64,000 nt of DNA, taken from positions 128,001 to 192,000 of the IMG/VR virus record IMGVR_UViG_3300033555_000001. One strand, given 5' to 3'. The position numbers and the translations under genes are program-made. Positions 17,088 through 28,000 of this stretch are shown piece after piece. This DNA is from a virus. Taxonomy: Duplodnaviria; Caudoviricetes. Numbering within the stretch: the first letter of the stretch is position 1; each line of letters starts with the position of its first letter. Below the pieces are notes generated by a model, which was given only the letters and a program-made list of their open reading frames with translations, was not told the DNA's origin and ran no database searches.

Positions 17088-17093
17088 TATTTA
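17088..17093 (-). promoter_or_regulatory. late promoter core TAAATA
   Basis: Intergenic CTAAATAG, 25 nt upstream of the GTG at 17063. Confidence 0.55.
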
Positions 17094-17110
17094 GGAACAA
17101 AAGCAGGTTA

Positions 17111-17755
17111 TCAGCTAACGGTGATTACCAAAGTATATACAACTGTAAGCTCACGGTTTCCAGTATGCTCAATTGGCGAAAAGATTAAATGTGACAGCAT
17201 GAGTTCGTCTGTCTCATTAAGCAAGTTTGTACCAACGCCAGCGGTAAAGAGACCCAGCTCATCAAAAAAGAACTGACCTTCTGTTGGAATGGCAGCGCCA
17301 ACTCCAACGCCGTCAAGTCCACCGCCCGAACCCGTGTCACTGTCTGCGCCGTCGGTAGGACGATTTGCAGCTTCGTCTGCTGAAATAACACAGGTAACAA
17401 TAACTCTGGTAGACGTGCTGTTTGGCACGTTAGTAAACGTTACGCTATTGCCGGCACCAACGCCAGAATCCGCATCATCAACAACTTCAAAGTACGTTGG
17501 GTTATACAAATCAGCAGCAACACCAGTTGTGTTAGGTGGTCTAAACACAATTTGCTGCGACGAATCAATATACGTACCTTGATTACCAAGCTTTAGCTTG
17601 AAAATTTCAAAGTTAGACGCGTTAGACAGGCCCCGAGCAATTGCTGTAGCCATGTTTCCAGGGTGAATAGCGTTCTTCTTATCAACAAGCACTGTACCGC
17701 TGCCGTCAGTAATTTTAACGTGGCCCTGAATAGATGTTTTGAATAGTTCCTTCAT
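17111..17755 (-). CDS. conserved virion structural protein
   Basis: GHVKITD...LVDKKNAIH N-terminus, DELGL motif and H..FSP..H C-terminus typical of large myophage tail/baseplate proteins. Confidence 0.65.
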   Translation of the reverse strand: MKELFKTSIQGHVKITDGSGTVLVDKKNAIHPGNMATAIARGLSNASNFEIFKLKLGNQGTYIDSSQQIVFRPPNTTGVAADLYNPTYFEVVDDADSGVGAGNSVTFTNVPNSTSTRVIVTCVISADEAANRPTDGADSDTGSGGGLDGVGVGAAIPTEGQFFFDELGLFTAGVGTNLLNETDELMLSHLIFSPIEHTGNRELTVVYTLVITVS

Positions 17756-17784
17756 GTTTCTTTCCTAGAGAGGATTAGCAGTTC

Positions 17785-17790
17785 TATTTA
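17785..17790 (-). promoter_or_regulatory. late promoter core TAAATA
   Basis: Intergenic, 30 nt upstream of the ATG at 17755. Confidence 0.5.
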
Positions 17791-17796
17791 TCAGAA

Positions 17797-20700
17797 TTAC
17801 AGAACGATGAGTTTCAACTCTGTCTGCGCTATTAAACTCAACCTGAATAATCTTGAACTACCCCGTTCTACCACGGTAGCAAGCTCAGGTGCAGGATCCT
17901 CTGGACGCCACACGTAAAATACCGGTGTGGTTGATGGCTCCATTGAAAAAGAGAGTTCTATTACTCGCGCACCAGGTGCTGGTATTACAAAAGGCGTTTC
18001 AAATTCGCTGTACAGCGTTCCGGCCGGCGGCAAGCCCGCAGCAGGTAGCGGTGGCATTTCAGCAGAGTAAATTATTGCCGTGCTCTCGGCCTGGCCGTCC
18101 ATTGGTCCAGCATCAAGGCCATATTGATCTAAACCGTACGCAGTGTCCAGGGCAAATACTGACAGCGCTTCAGTTATGGCCGTTGAAGCCGTAACACCAG
18201 AATTTTCCTGCACTTCAAAACCAGCGCCAATTGCCGGAACACCAAAATTAGGAGTGATGTCGCCTGATGCTACAGCTGCGTTAAATGCTGCAATAAAATC
18301 GCCGAATGTCGTATCATCAAGCGCGTTGTTAATGAGGTACCCAGAAATAAGAGCAATAAGATCGTTTAATCTGCTAGACTCGACTGGGTCAAGTTCGGTG
18401 CGCGCAGAAAGAGCCTTGGCCTCTAAAAAATAATCAGTAAGCGGCAAGCCCGTATCATAGGCACCGTCTGCAACTTCTGCGTCGTACGGCGTGTTATCAT
18501 ACCCTGGTAAAAATCCAATAAATGGGCCGTCACTCACCGTTACATCGAGCGGCATATCATAGCTTGACTTTATTAGCAGCTCATTGAGCTCCGCAATCTG
18601 TACACCAGTAACCTCGCTAAAGAGCGCATCAGATTCTCCGCCATCACCCTTTAGTAAAAATGCAATACCCTCTTGCATGTTTACGATAACATGCTCGTTC
18701 ATACCAGAGCCAAATGTTACCAGTGTGGATTCAGCGTTGAGCGGCAAATACTTTGTGTGAAAGTCCAGGTCCCAATCAAATATTACAGGATCAGTAACCA
18801 AAGATCCAATTGTGCGTACTGTTCCTATGAGCTCACCAGTCACTGCTGCCCTGATCACTGCGTGCGTCGCCGGATCACTGAACTCAGCAATGGATAGCGC
18901 ACTATCTCTAAACTCGGTAGATGCCGGTATCCACCCCTGCAACACCGCCGTTTCAGGTGAGGTGTTAAAGAGGGGTACGCCAGATCGCGCAGTGTGATCT
19001 ACAAACCTGACATCAATAGTCTGCGGTGCCAGGGGCGCCAGCACTTCAGCGTGTGCCGCGTCTTTTGCTTTAATTGAGATTGAAATAGCATCAGTGGTGG
19101 TGCGCTCAAGGAGCACAAAATCCGCTGCAGTTGGGCTTCTGCCTGCAGTTGTTTTAATAATTGCAAGGTCGTGGCCCAGTGCCAATCGGTGTTCATCACC
19201 TGTAATCTGCAAAATAAAAGAGCTGCCAGCTACCGCAGTTGGTACTTCTAACAGCACATAATCGTCACTCAGCGAATTGGTTCCTCGAGCAACAAGGGCG
19301 CCATTACGGTACATGTTCCAGGCGCCATCAGCCAAAGATTTTATTACGTAAGTTAAATCAGGGGCATCTTGCCGCAACCTTTTAAGAGACACAAGTCCTG
19401 CAGGTAGTTGCCACTCGCCATCGCCAGGTACTTTTTGATTACTAATAAACAGTTCAGCGGTTGGAGCGGTAATTTTAAAACCAATTTTCCCGTTCCAGTA
19501 CCACTCGCCCACCGTTGCGGCAGGCTGCCACCCCGATACTGAACCATGAACTAAGTATGATGGCCGAGAATTAAGTGTTTCAAACGCAATACTGTCTGAT
19601 TGTTTTAAGCCGGTGCGACCTGGCCTGATTGTAAAGTGCAGCCCATGCTCGCGGTCTCGATAGCTAAAGCCAGCCTCTAATTGAACCAACCTAGGTGTGC
19701 TAAAAACAGGCGAACCGTTTAACGCGCCAGCAGTATAAAAACCCTGCAGCTCGTACGCAGTGTTACTTACCCATGTAAGTACCCACTTTGCCGGGGTGCT
19801 GTTGTGATATGCCGCCCCGTGCATTACCAAGCGTGGGATTCGTGCTGATCCAAGTGCTGCCGCTCCAATTTGCTCGGGTGGCGAATTGCGCACGGTCCAT
19901 GAAATAACATCACCGCCAAAAACACTCTCTTCAATAAATGCGGCAGAGGTGTCTTGGTACCGCGATGAGTTCAGCCGAGCAGCAATAAATGGTTTTGAGG
20001 CTTCAACAAGTTTAAATGACAGGCCAATCCCCGTGTTTGAATACGCATTACCAACTTGAATATTGTCAATCAACACCCACAGGAGCGTCTCAGTATCAAA
20101 GTACTCTAGCGCAAACGAACTGCTGTACCACAATAATAAATCTGCTGTAGTATCAGGATCATTTCCAGAATGAACGCCCTCAGCCGTGGTGGTATTCTCT
20201 GAATCATACACTGGCACGGCAGTTGAATCTGTGCCTGCTAAATTTACGCGATTTTCCGGTGATGTGCTCTGTAGTGGCAGTGGTCGATCAAAATCAGGCA
20301 GCGCTCTCAGTCTCCACTGGCGGCCGCTAACAACGTTTCCAGCAAGTACCAGGTTAAATGATTTAAGATCATAAGACGCAAAGCGCGTGTCAAATTTAAA
20401 ATCTAATGTTTTAAAGTAGTCTTCACCCGCTGAATTAGTAGCGTTGTAAACTAATTCACTTGCGTCGTAGCTGTCAAAATCATATCCATAAAATAAATCA
20501 AGATCATCAGCAACTGGTTCGTTGTTTTGAATCTCAATATCAAAGCGATCACCCGCTGTGAACTGGTAATCAGTTCCTGCTCTTATAGTAAATGCAAGTA
20601 CACCATCGTTAAACAGCGTATTAACTGTAGCCACACCCGCATATTCAAGATCACTGGTGGCGCTAATAATAAATTGCGTGCTGCTGATAGCTGTCAGTAC

Positions 20701-21912
20701 AACTGAACCAGTTTTAAATCCAGTGTCAAGAACCGTAATTTTATTTTTAGTACCACTGGTATCAGTCAAGTATCCGTATCTGGTACTTGTAAACAGTGGA
20801 CGTGAATAAGCAATTGGATTTACTTTTATCAGGCTCCACGCTTCAAGAGGGGCTGTTGGGTGCACCGCAATTTTACTGGATGGCGAGAGCGCAAGTACAT
20901 CTGTTGTGTTAAGCTGTTGATCAGCTCGTAGACTAAAGCTTAATTGAAAAGAATCAAACTCACCCGCATAGTAAGGTGCACCGTCAGTTGGCGTAACCTG
21001 AGCAATAGTTCCAGCGCCAATAATCCCAGTAACTTTACCACGCACTATAAATGTTGTGGCGGATGTGGCTTCAACACTCCACTCTTCGTATAGAGCGCGC
21101 GCAAAGTTAGCGCTAATATCAAAAATAGAGACACCACTGCGCAGTACATCAGGATAGGCAAGCGCTCCAGATTCCCGGCTAGCGGGCAGGTTTTCATTAG
21201 CCCGCTCGACAAAAACCGGCAGGTAATTTGGTTTATCCGACAGGCCCATTACTTTAACGGCGCCAGGGCCAGTAATCTGTACCTCAGAGAGCGACACCTG
21301 TGTAACTGGTCCCAAGAGCAACAGCGAATCCGCTTGAAAGCTTAACTGTACAGAAATTGGAAAAGTATCAGTAACCTCATAAGTCTCGGCAAATCTACCG
21401 GTAATAAGCGGCTGAGAGCTTATTGTTTGCTTAATCTGAAACACGAACGCACCGCGTGATTCAAAAAAGTCATGGCCTTCAAGCAGTGGCTCTGAGCGCG
21501 CCGCTTGCCCGGCTCGTTGAACAAACGCATCGCTAATTCCCCGACCCTGCGAGGAACGTGGGTCAAACGCAAATGGCACTAGTGGCAGGTCAGTGTTCTC
21601 GTCACGGAAAGCGCGAAATGATCCGCGATTTTCGGCTGGAGTTGAATTTTTAGTAAACGTGCTAAAGCTTGGACTTACTAATCTGTGCAGTGGAACAGTT
21701 GGTGCAAAGCCCGTTGGGCCACCTGAAAAATAACTAGTAGGCCAAGCACCCTTTGCAAGCACTGAACTAAACATACGCTCACCAAAATTTACGGACATAG
21801 TATCCGTAAAGCGATATTCTTCTACGATTTCTGATAATTTCGAATGATATGGCTTAGTGTCCAGGATAAACGCAACAAGGGCATTAACGTAAGTACTATT
21901 TTTATTTGCCAT
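17797..21912 (-). CDS. large virion structural protein (1,371 aa)
   Basis: Start moved to the ATG at 21912 (GAGG RBS). YVNALVAFILDTKPYHSKL N-terminus; repeated beta modules. Confidence 0.75.
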   Translation of the reverse strand: MANKNSTYVNALVAFILDTKPYHSKLSEIVEEYRFTDTMSVNFGERMFSSVLAKGAWPTSYFSGGPTGFAPTVPLHRLVSPSFSTFTKNSTPAENRGSFRAFRDENTDLPLVPFAFDPRSSQGRGISDAFVQRAGQAARSEPLLEGHDFFESRGAFVFQIKQTISSQPLITGRFAETYEVTDTFPISVQLSFQADSLLLLGPVTQVSLSEVQITGPGAVKVMGLSDKPNYLPVFVERANENLPASRESGALAYPDVLRSGVSIFDISANFARALYEEWSVEATSATTFIVRGKVTGIIGAGTIAQVTPTDGAPYYAGEFDSFQLSFSLRADQQLNTTDVLALSPSSKIAVHPTAPLEAWSLIKVNPIAYSRPLFTSTRYGYLTDTSGTKNKITVLDTGFKTGSVVLTAISSTQFIISATSDLEYAGVATVNTLFNDGVLAFTIRAGTDYQFTAGDRFDIEIQNNEPVADDLDLFYGYDFDSYDASELVYNATNSAGEDYFKTLDFKFDTRFASYDLKSFNLVLAGNVVSGRQWRLRALPDFDRPLPLQSTSPENRVNLAGTDSTAVPVYDSENTTTAEGVHSGNDPDTTADLLLWYSSSFALEYFDTETLLWVLIDNIQVGNAYSNTGIGLSFKLVEASKPFIAARLNSSRYQDTSAAFIEESVFGGDVISWTVRNSPPEQIGAAALGSARIPRLVMHGAAYHNSTPAKWVLTWVSNTAYELQGFYTAGALNGSPVFSTPRLVQLEAGFSYRDREHGLHFTIRPGRTGLKQSDSIAFETLNSRPSYLVHGSVSGWQPAATVGEWYWNGKIGFKITAPTAELFISNQKVPGDGEWQLPAGLVSLKRLRQDAPDLTYVIKSLADGAWNMYRNGALVARGTNSLSDDYVLLEVPTAVAGSSFILQITGDEHRLALGHDLAIIKTTAGRSPTAADFVLLERTTTDAISISIKAKDAAHAEVLAPLAPQTIDVRFVDHTARSGVPLFNTSPETAVLQGWIPASTEFRDSALSIAEFSDPATHAVIRAAVTGELIGTVRTIGSLVTDPVIFDWDLDFHTKYLPLNAESTLVTFGSGMNEHVIVNMQEGIAFLLKGDGGESDALFSEVTGVQIAELNELLIKSSYDMPLDVTVSDGPFIGFLPGYDNTPYDAEVADGAYDTGLPLTDYFLEAKALSARTELDPVESSRLNDLIALISGYLINNALDDTTFGDFIAAFNAAVASGDITPNFGVPAIGAGFEVQENSGVTASTAITEALSVFALDTAYGLDQYGLDAGPMDGQAESTAIIYSAEMPPLPAAGLPPAGTLYSEFETPFVIPAPGARVIELSFSMEPSTTPVFYVWRPEDPAPELATVVERGSSRLFRLSLIAQTELKLIVL

Positions 21913-22002
21913 GTTGCCCTCGCGCAACGCAAGCGCTGACACGCGCCGCTTTGCTGTTTCTGCTTAGCGCAGTATAAAAATAAACCTTGTTTTCAGTCAT
22001 GG

Positions 22003-25000
22003 TTACTCGTAAGATGGAGCAATTGGCGCAGATCGCACCACTTTAATCGAATATGCGCTCAGTCTAGATGTCTTAAAAATATCTGTCATTTCATACTGAG
22101 CAGCGCAAATATCATTTAGGACGGCAAAAAATAGCTCATTAATCTGAGAAGGTTTTGCGGTGTTCCAGATCCGTGACATTGTATTGCGAGTATTTTCTGC
22201 CGAACTGAACAGACTGTCGCTTTTACTAAAATCCAAAAATGTCATGTAATCCGGCATTTGAAACGCACCACTGTCATCAACCAGTGCTGTATTTAGGACC
22301 GTGAACAGAAGTGTTGATTTGACCAACTCGCTCGGCGCTAGAACCTGGTCGGAACCAAATCCAAACTGCGTGCGCGTACCATTTCTTTCGTCGTACGAGG
22401 CCCGGCGAGGAGATGGCAAAATATTACCAGCAGCGTCGGCACCACACGCGGTGTTTACCATTTTATCCCACAGTGCCTCAGGAATACGAGTTCTTTGTCC
22501 CGGTCTAATTAGCGCCCACTCAACGTGCGTATTTTTAAGATCCAGTTCCTGTGAGTCGTCTCTGAGTGTAAAGTTTCGCGTAAAGCGCAGCTTAAACGTG
22601 TCATCTTTGGTAACAACATATGACAAACCAGAAATTGTAATTGCGTCGTAACTGTACGGATTGCTCGCAGAGCCAGTTCCACCAAAATTTTGAAAGGTCA
22701 AATAATTAGATGGGCCAGTTATAAGCAACTGAGTAACAGCTCGAATCGACAGTTTCTTTCTGCGAGCCTGTGTTGAGCGATTTTTAACCCAGAAGAAATA
22801 CTTAGTGCGCGTGATTTGACCTTCGCTGTCACGTACTGGTACCGCAACGTACTGATAGTCAATTTTATACTGGCTTTGAATCAACAACACATCGTTGACT
22901 TCCGGATCAAAATCCAGCTCAGACTGCAGTGGAGCATAGGGCCTAATAATAACTACAACCTCTGATCCAAATGCTACAGACTGCACTGTTAGTGCAGTGC
23001 CAACAAGGGTGAATGTGCCGCTTAGCTGCGCAGCGCCGTTTACGTAAACAGAGATTAAATCTTTTGTAGTGCCGGCCGGAACAGCGAGGCCCGCAAAGCC
23101 CATTGTTGTTGCAGTAGTGCGGAGCACTGTGCTCTCAAGCTCAGCCCAAGCGCCCCACGTAGTTTGATAAGCGCCGGGTGAGGTACCATCATTAAGACTG
23201 AGCGCAGCGTTATTAGTGGCAAGTTTAATTAATTCTATTGTTGGCTCAACAGAAACAAATGCGCCTGGATAAGGCAGCCATGAGTTATTTGGTACTTTGG
23301 TATCAGCGTCAAGCTCGTCTTGGGATGGGACAGACCACGCTCTCCAACCAACCCCGTTGTTAATCACATTCGCTGGATCGGTTGGATCATTGCTGAGAAT
23401 CAACCCATCGCCCACTAATCCGGAGGGGTCTGACAGCGGTACCAGTGTTAACACTTGCACTGCGTCAAGTAACTCTACTGAACTTCTTAAAGCGTCAACA
23501 ATGGTATCAACCAATATTTCCGGGCCGTACACGTTATTTTCTGTTACCCGCACTGAAATAGAGAGGCCAAACTCAAGGAGCGGCACAACAAGTACTTGAT
23601 CAGCAAAAACTTGAAGCTCATCATTTATTGTTTCTTGAACTGCAGGTATTAAATTTTCTCCGGCGATTGAGGTGCCGAGCAAATCAAAATCATTAAGATC
23701 TGCAAATAGTGCTGAATTTCCAATGCTTACTGTTGAATCAGCCCCGCTTGTTCCAGAAATAATTATAATGCGGTTTTGATCAAGTTTTGCTGGGGCACCG
23801 GGGAACTGGGAATTAATCACGGAGATTAATTCACCAAATGTTTGCGCTTCATCGCCAGTAAATGTTACCGTAAGTGCTGTGCCGTCTAGCGTAATTACTA
23901 GAGAATACACTGTAACTGTGGCTGGATCTGTAGACAACCGCAGCCCGGTTTTACTGGCTTCAGTTTTAGTGGATCCAAAATTAATTGCTTGATAGCCGCG
24001 CGTTGCCGCAACAGCTGGTTTAGCCAGCACACCAGTAACCCGTGAACTATTAACTAACTGCACGGTGCTCTTACCAGAAGATACCTCAACGGCTCTTAGA
24101 TAAGTAGAAACGGTCCACATGTTTATAGGCTCACCCGCATCATTACGCTCCTGCACGCGTTGGGTTGGCTCTTTAATAAACAGCAACTCACCTACAACAT
24201 CAGTATTTCCAACTGATTCTATGGATACCACGCCCAGTGGCTGATCTAGATCAGGGTTGTTAAGCGATATAAATTTAGAGAATCCGTCAAGCACTAAAAA
24301 CTCAGACAGCGGACGAGTATGACTGTCATCTTGCTGCCACGCGCCAAGCCTCATCCCCGCAGAAATTCCCAAAATTTTAAACGTTGAACTTTCAAGAACC
24401 GCCGTAAGTGTTTCTTCTTTTTCTACCAGGGTCAAATTAGAGAAGAACGAACCATTAAATGCTGGGTGAGCAGCCTGGATGGCAACACCAGCGTGGCTCC
24501 AAGCCACTGGTCTAGTTTGCCAGATTCGTGTTCTGCTGTAGGTTTTTGCGCCATACACTTGGCCATCAGCCCGTGTTAAGACATCAAGATCAGCGTTACC
24601 AGAATCAACAAGCGCAAGTGCGTCGTACTCAGTTGGTGGTACACGACTTTCAATCCATTCAACTACATCAACGGTTGAAAAGTCCGCAAGCGTTCCCCAA
24701 CGACTAAGTCGCTCGTCAATTGAGCCATAAATCTTATCGTCCGAATAAGGAGTGTACTCCAAATTTGTGGTATCCCACCACACGCGGCCCAGCTCTTTTG
24801 TACCCCACGTGCGGAGCGGATCAAAATTAGAGTTTCCAACAACCTGTGTTGACACGTTATAACGCGCAGGGTCGATGTCTGAAATAATGTTAATGCTCTC
24901 AAGAGCAGTTGGGGTGTGCTGACCAATCAGCGGGTGCCACTGCGGAATCTCTTCAATGAGCTCTGCATCCACATAGTTAAACAATTTAATCGGATTAAAC

Positions 25001-28000
25001 TTAGGTGTAGCTGGGCCATAGCCGGTTACTGACACGGTTCCTGGTTGCAGCACATACAGTGTTCGATCATTTATAATCTGCGCACCACTTAAATCAACAA
25101 GCTCATCAGCCACAAATGGCAGAGTTACCTGCAATGGGTAAATTATTGCTGCACCCCGTGCGTCAAACTCTGTAAATTCGTGAATGTAAGTTCCAACAAC
25201 TTGTGCCTCAAATGCTGTTTCACCATCAAGATCGTCAAGCGTAAACCACCGCCCTTCATCTCCTCGCAGGATAGTTTTAAAGCCAAAATTCTGCAAAGTG
25301 TTAGAGTCAAATTGGAACTTAGTAAACTGCTGCAGCGTATCGCTTACCAGTACTTTTAGCTCTGGGAATACGCGCGAGCGTGAATCACCATACTCGGCTA
25401 CTTTGTAGGCCCAGTACTCGTCAATCTTAGCATCTTCAAATCTGTCATTATTAAGAAAGGCGTCAATGGAAGAGTTAGTTCCCTTCATTTGCACCAGTCC
25501 ACGCCAGAAATTAAACTGCGTTCTCTCCGTGATGTCCAAGTCGTCCATGTATTTTTTAGGAGAAAAACCAAGCAGCGCCAGTGCGTGACGCGTTGAGGTT
25601 TCATCTTCAAACACATGATCTGCATCATAGTAATGCGCAATTTTATCCGTGCTGGCCTGCAAGTTTTGCTTGACCTCATCACCTACCAGATAGTGACCGC
25701 CAAACTCTGGACGCAGCGTTTGTGCTGCTTGGCGTCGGCCATTAAGCTTAATGGTGCTGATTCTGGCGCCACTAAACGGATCATAAATCAAACCCTCGTT
25801 TGTTGATGGCGAGGTTAGATTGTTGAACACAAACAAGTGCTCGTATTCATCAACCTGCGCGTGCACGCTGAACATTGGAATGCTGGATCCAATCTGCGAT
25901 TTACCGCGCGACCTTAAAATGGTAAGATCAGTAGTGTTGATTTTTGCGCCAAGCGTGTCAAATACACCAGGGTGACCGGTAATATCAAACAGCGAGCTGT
26001 CAAAAAACTTGCTTAACAGCCCAACATCTTGGTCTAGCCAAACGCGATCCATAAATGGATTAATGACATGACCCTGACCAAGCTGGATGCCGGCATAGAC
26101 GCGATCTACTAATTTTTCTACTTCGAGCTGCCAATTTCTAGTTCTGCCAGTTCCAGCATCAATGTTAGAGCTGAGCCCATCACTAAATCTCCAGCCTTCT
26201 TTTTCGCGCAGCTGTGCATAACCAAACAGGAAATTTAACACGTTCTGCAAGCCAGTAATTGTAAGCGGAAGCTGTGTCACCACCGGTGTGGACAATTCTG
26301 TGGTTGGTTGGTACCACGGCAGAGCGGTGTGTTCTCCGTTAAGAGCCGTAAAGGAAACTCGGTCTCCTGCTGTGTCAAAGGCGCTGAACGATACCTCTAA
26401 AAATCTGGCGTTATAACCATCAACTCTAAAGACCCAATCACTGGCGTCTCCAGCTGGTACAAAGCCTGATACAGTTGCGGCGTTGCTGGATCCAATTTGA
26501 ACCACTGAGACTCGCAGACCCTGCAGCCACAGGTCGCGTGCGTACGGCGACCGCTTAAACCGCAGTGCAAATGCGCTCTCTGGCAGGGATTCTACATCGT
26601 TAAAAACACGCAAATCATCAGTGCTGACTAGCCCACCTGCACGATAGCCAAGATTAACGTCCCAGCCACGGTAGGCCTGAATTGCATAGCCCTGCGTTGT
26701 ATCAATTGAGCCTTCACGCAGTGCATGCGAAAACACCTGCCCAAAACCTAAGATTTGGTTGTGCGTTGCTGGCTCAAATATTACAACTGGCAGGCCAGCA
26801 GTAACGGTCACGCTGAACTTGTCGCCAATTCTAAATGGTTTGCCGCCATCATTAATTACTGCGTCTGCAATGCTGAATCCTTGGCCAGACACTGTGTTAC
26901 CTGCTCCAACGCGCAGGTATCCAACTATTACGCCTTTAGCCGCGACGCTAAATGACTGCGCCCGATCAGCAGTATAACCGTCATGTGTAATACTAAATGT
27001 GGTTCCAGCGAGTCCAGTTACTGAGCTAAAGAGAAACTCAGGCGTGCGTGCAACAGCCGCTATTGGATCGCCGTGCAGCTTAAATCGGCGATGACCAGGC
27101 ACTGCCATATCAAAGCTGTCATACAGAATGCCATCTACTTCTACCCACTTAAATCCCCACAGGTGACCTAAAAATCCCATTGGGTCAGCTCTAAAGAGCG
27201 CACGAGCCAGCGAATATCTAAATTCAACTGACTTTGTCCACACTGTTTCAACAGGTGAACCCTCGCCAAATACATACGCGCGTGTTGGAGCAGGTGGCAG
27301 CGTGGTAGTAAGAGCGTTAGTACTGTACGCAAATCCTGAATTTACATAGGGTGGCAGCAGCATATCACGGTTAGTGTCTACCGATAATTTTAATCCTGGC
27401 CGAGCAGCCTGAATGTCTGTCCACATTGTGCTCTTCCACGAGCGGGCTTGCGTGAATACCACCGGGCTTGTATTTAAATTTGGTGCATCAGCGCGCAGTA
27501 CCCACTCAGTTCCAGCAAATGATTCGCCATCCGTAATTTGAATTACTAATTTTTCTACAAGCGCGGTACCGGCTCTGGCCCAACCATGTGACGCCACTGT
27601 CCACAGCCCGTTGTTTGCTGGGGATGCTTCGCTTACTAACAACACGGTTTGTCCAGCAGAGAGTTGGCGGCCGTCAACTACCGGTAAACCGCTCAGTATA
27701 GTATTGGTTTGAACCGCGCTAAACAGCACAACACGCGCAGTTTGACCGGTAATATATCCGTTTGCTGGTGCGTCAATCATGTCAAGCGTGATTTCGGCAG
27801 CATAGCTAGAATCCCAGGCTGGTGGTTTGGTTTCAAAACCCAACAGTCTCCATGGATCCAGATTTGGGCGAGCCGTTTTTAGGACGCCAGGAATAGTTTG
27901 TTGGTGCGCAGTAAGTGCGTTAAACCACCGGGCTGGCAAACCAGCAGAACTGTAGTTCCAAGTAAAAGCGTCAGTGTTTACATAGTCCGGTGCAGTTGGG

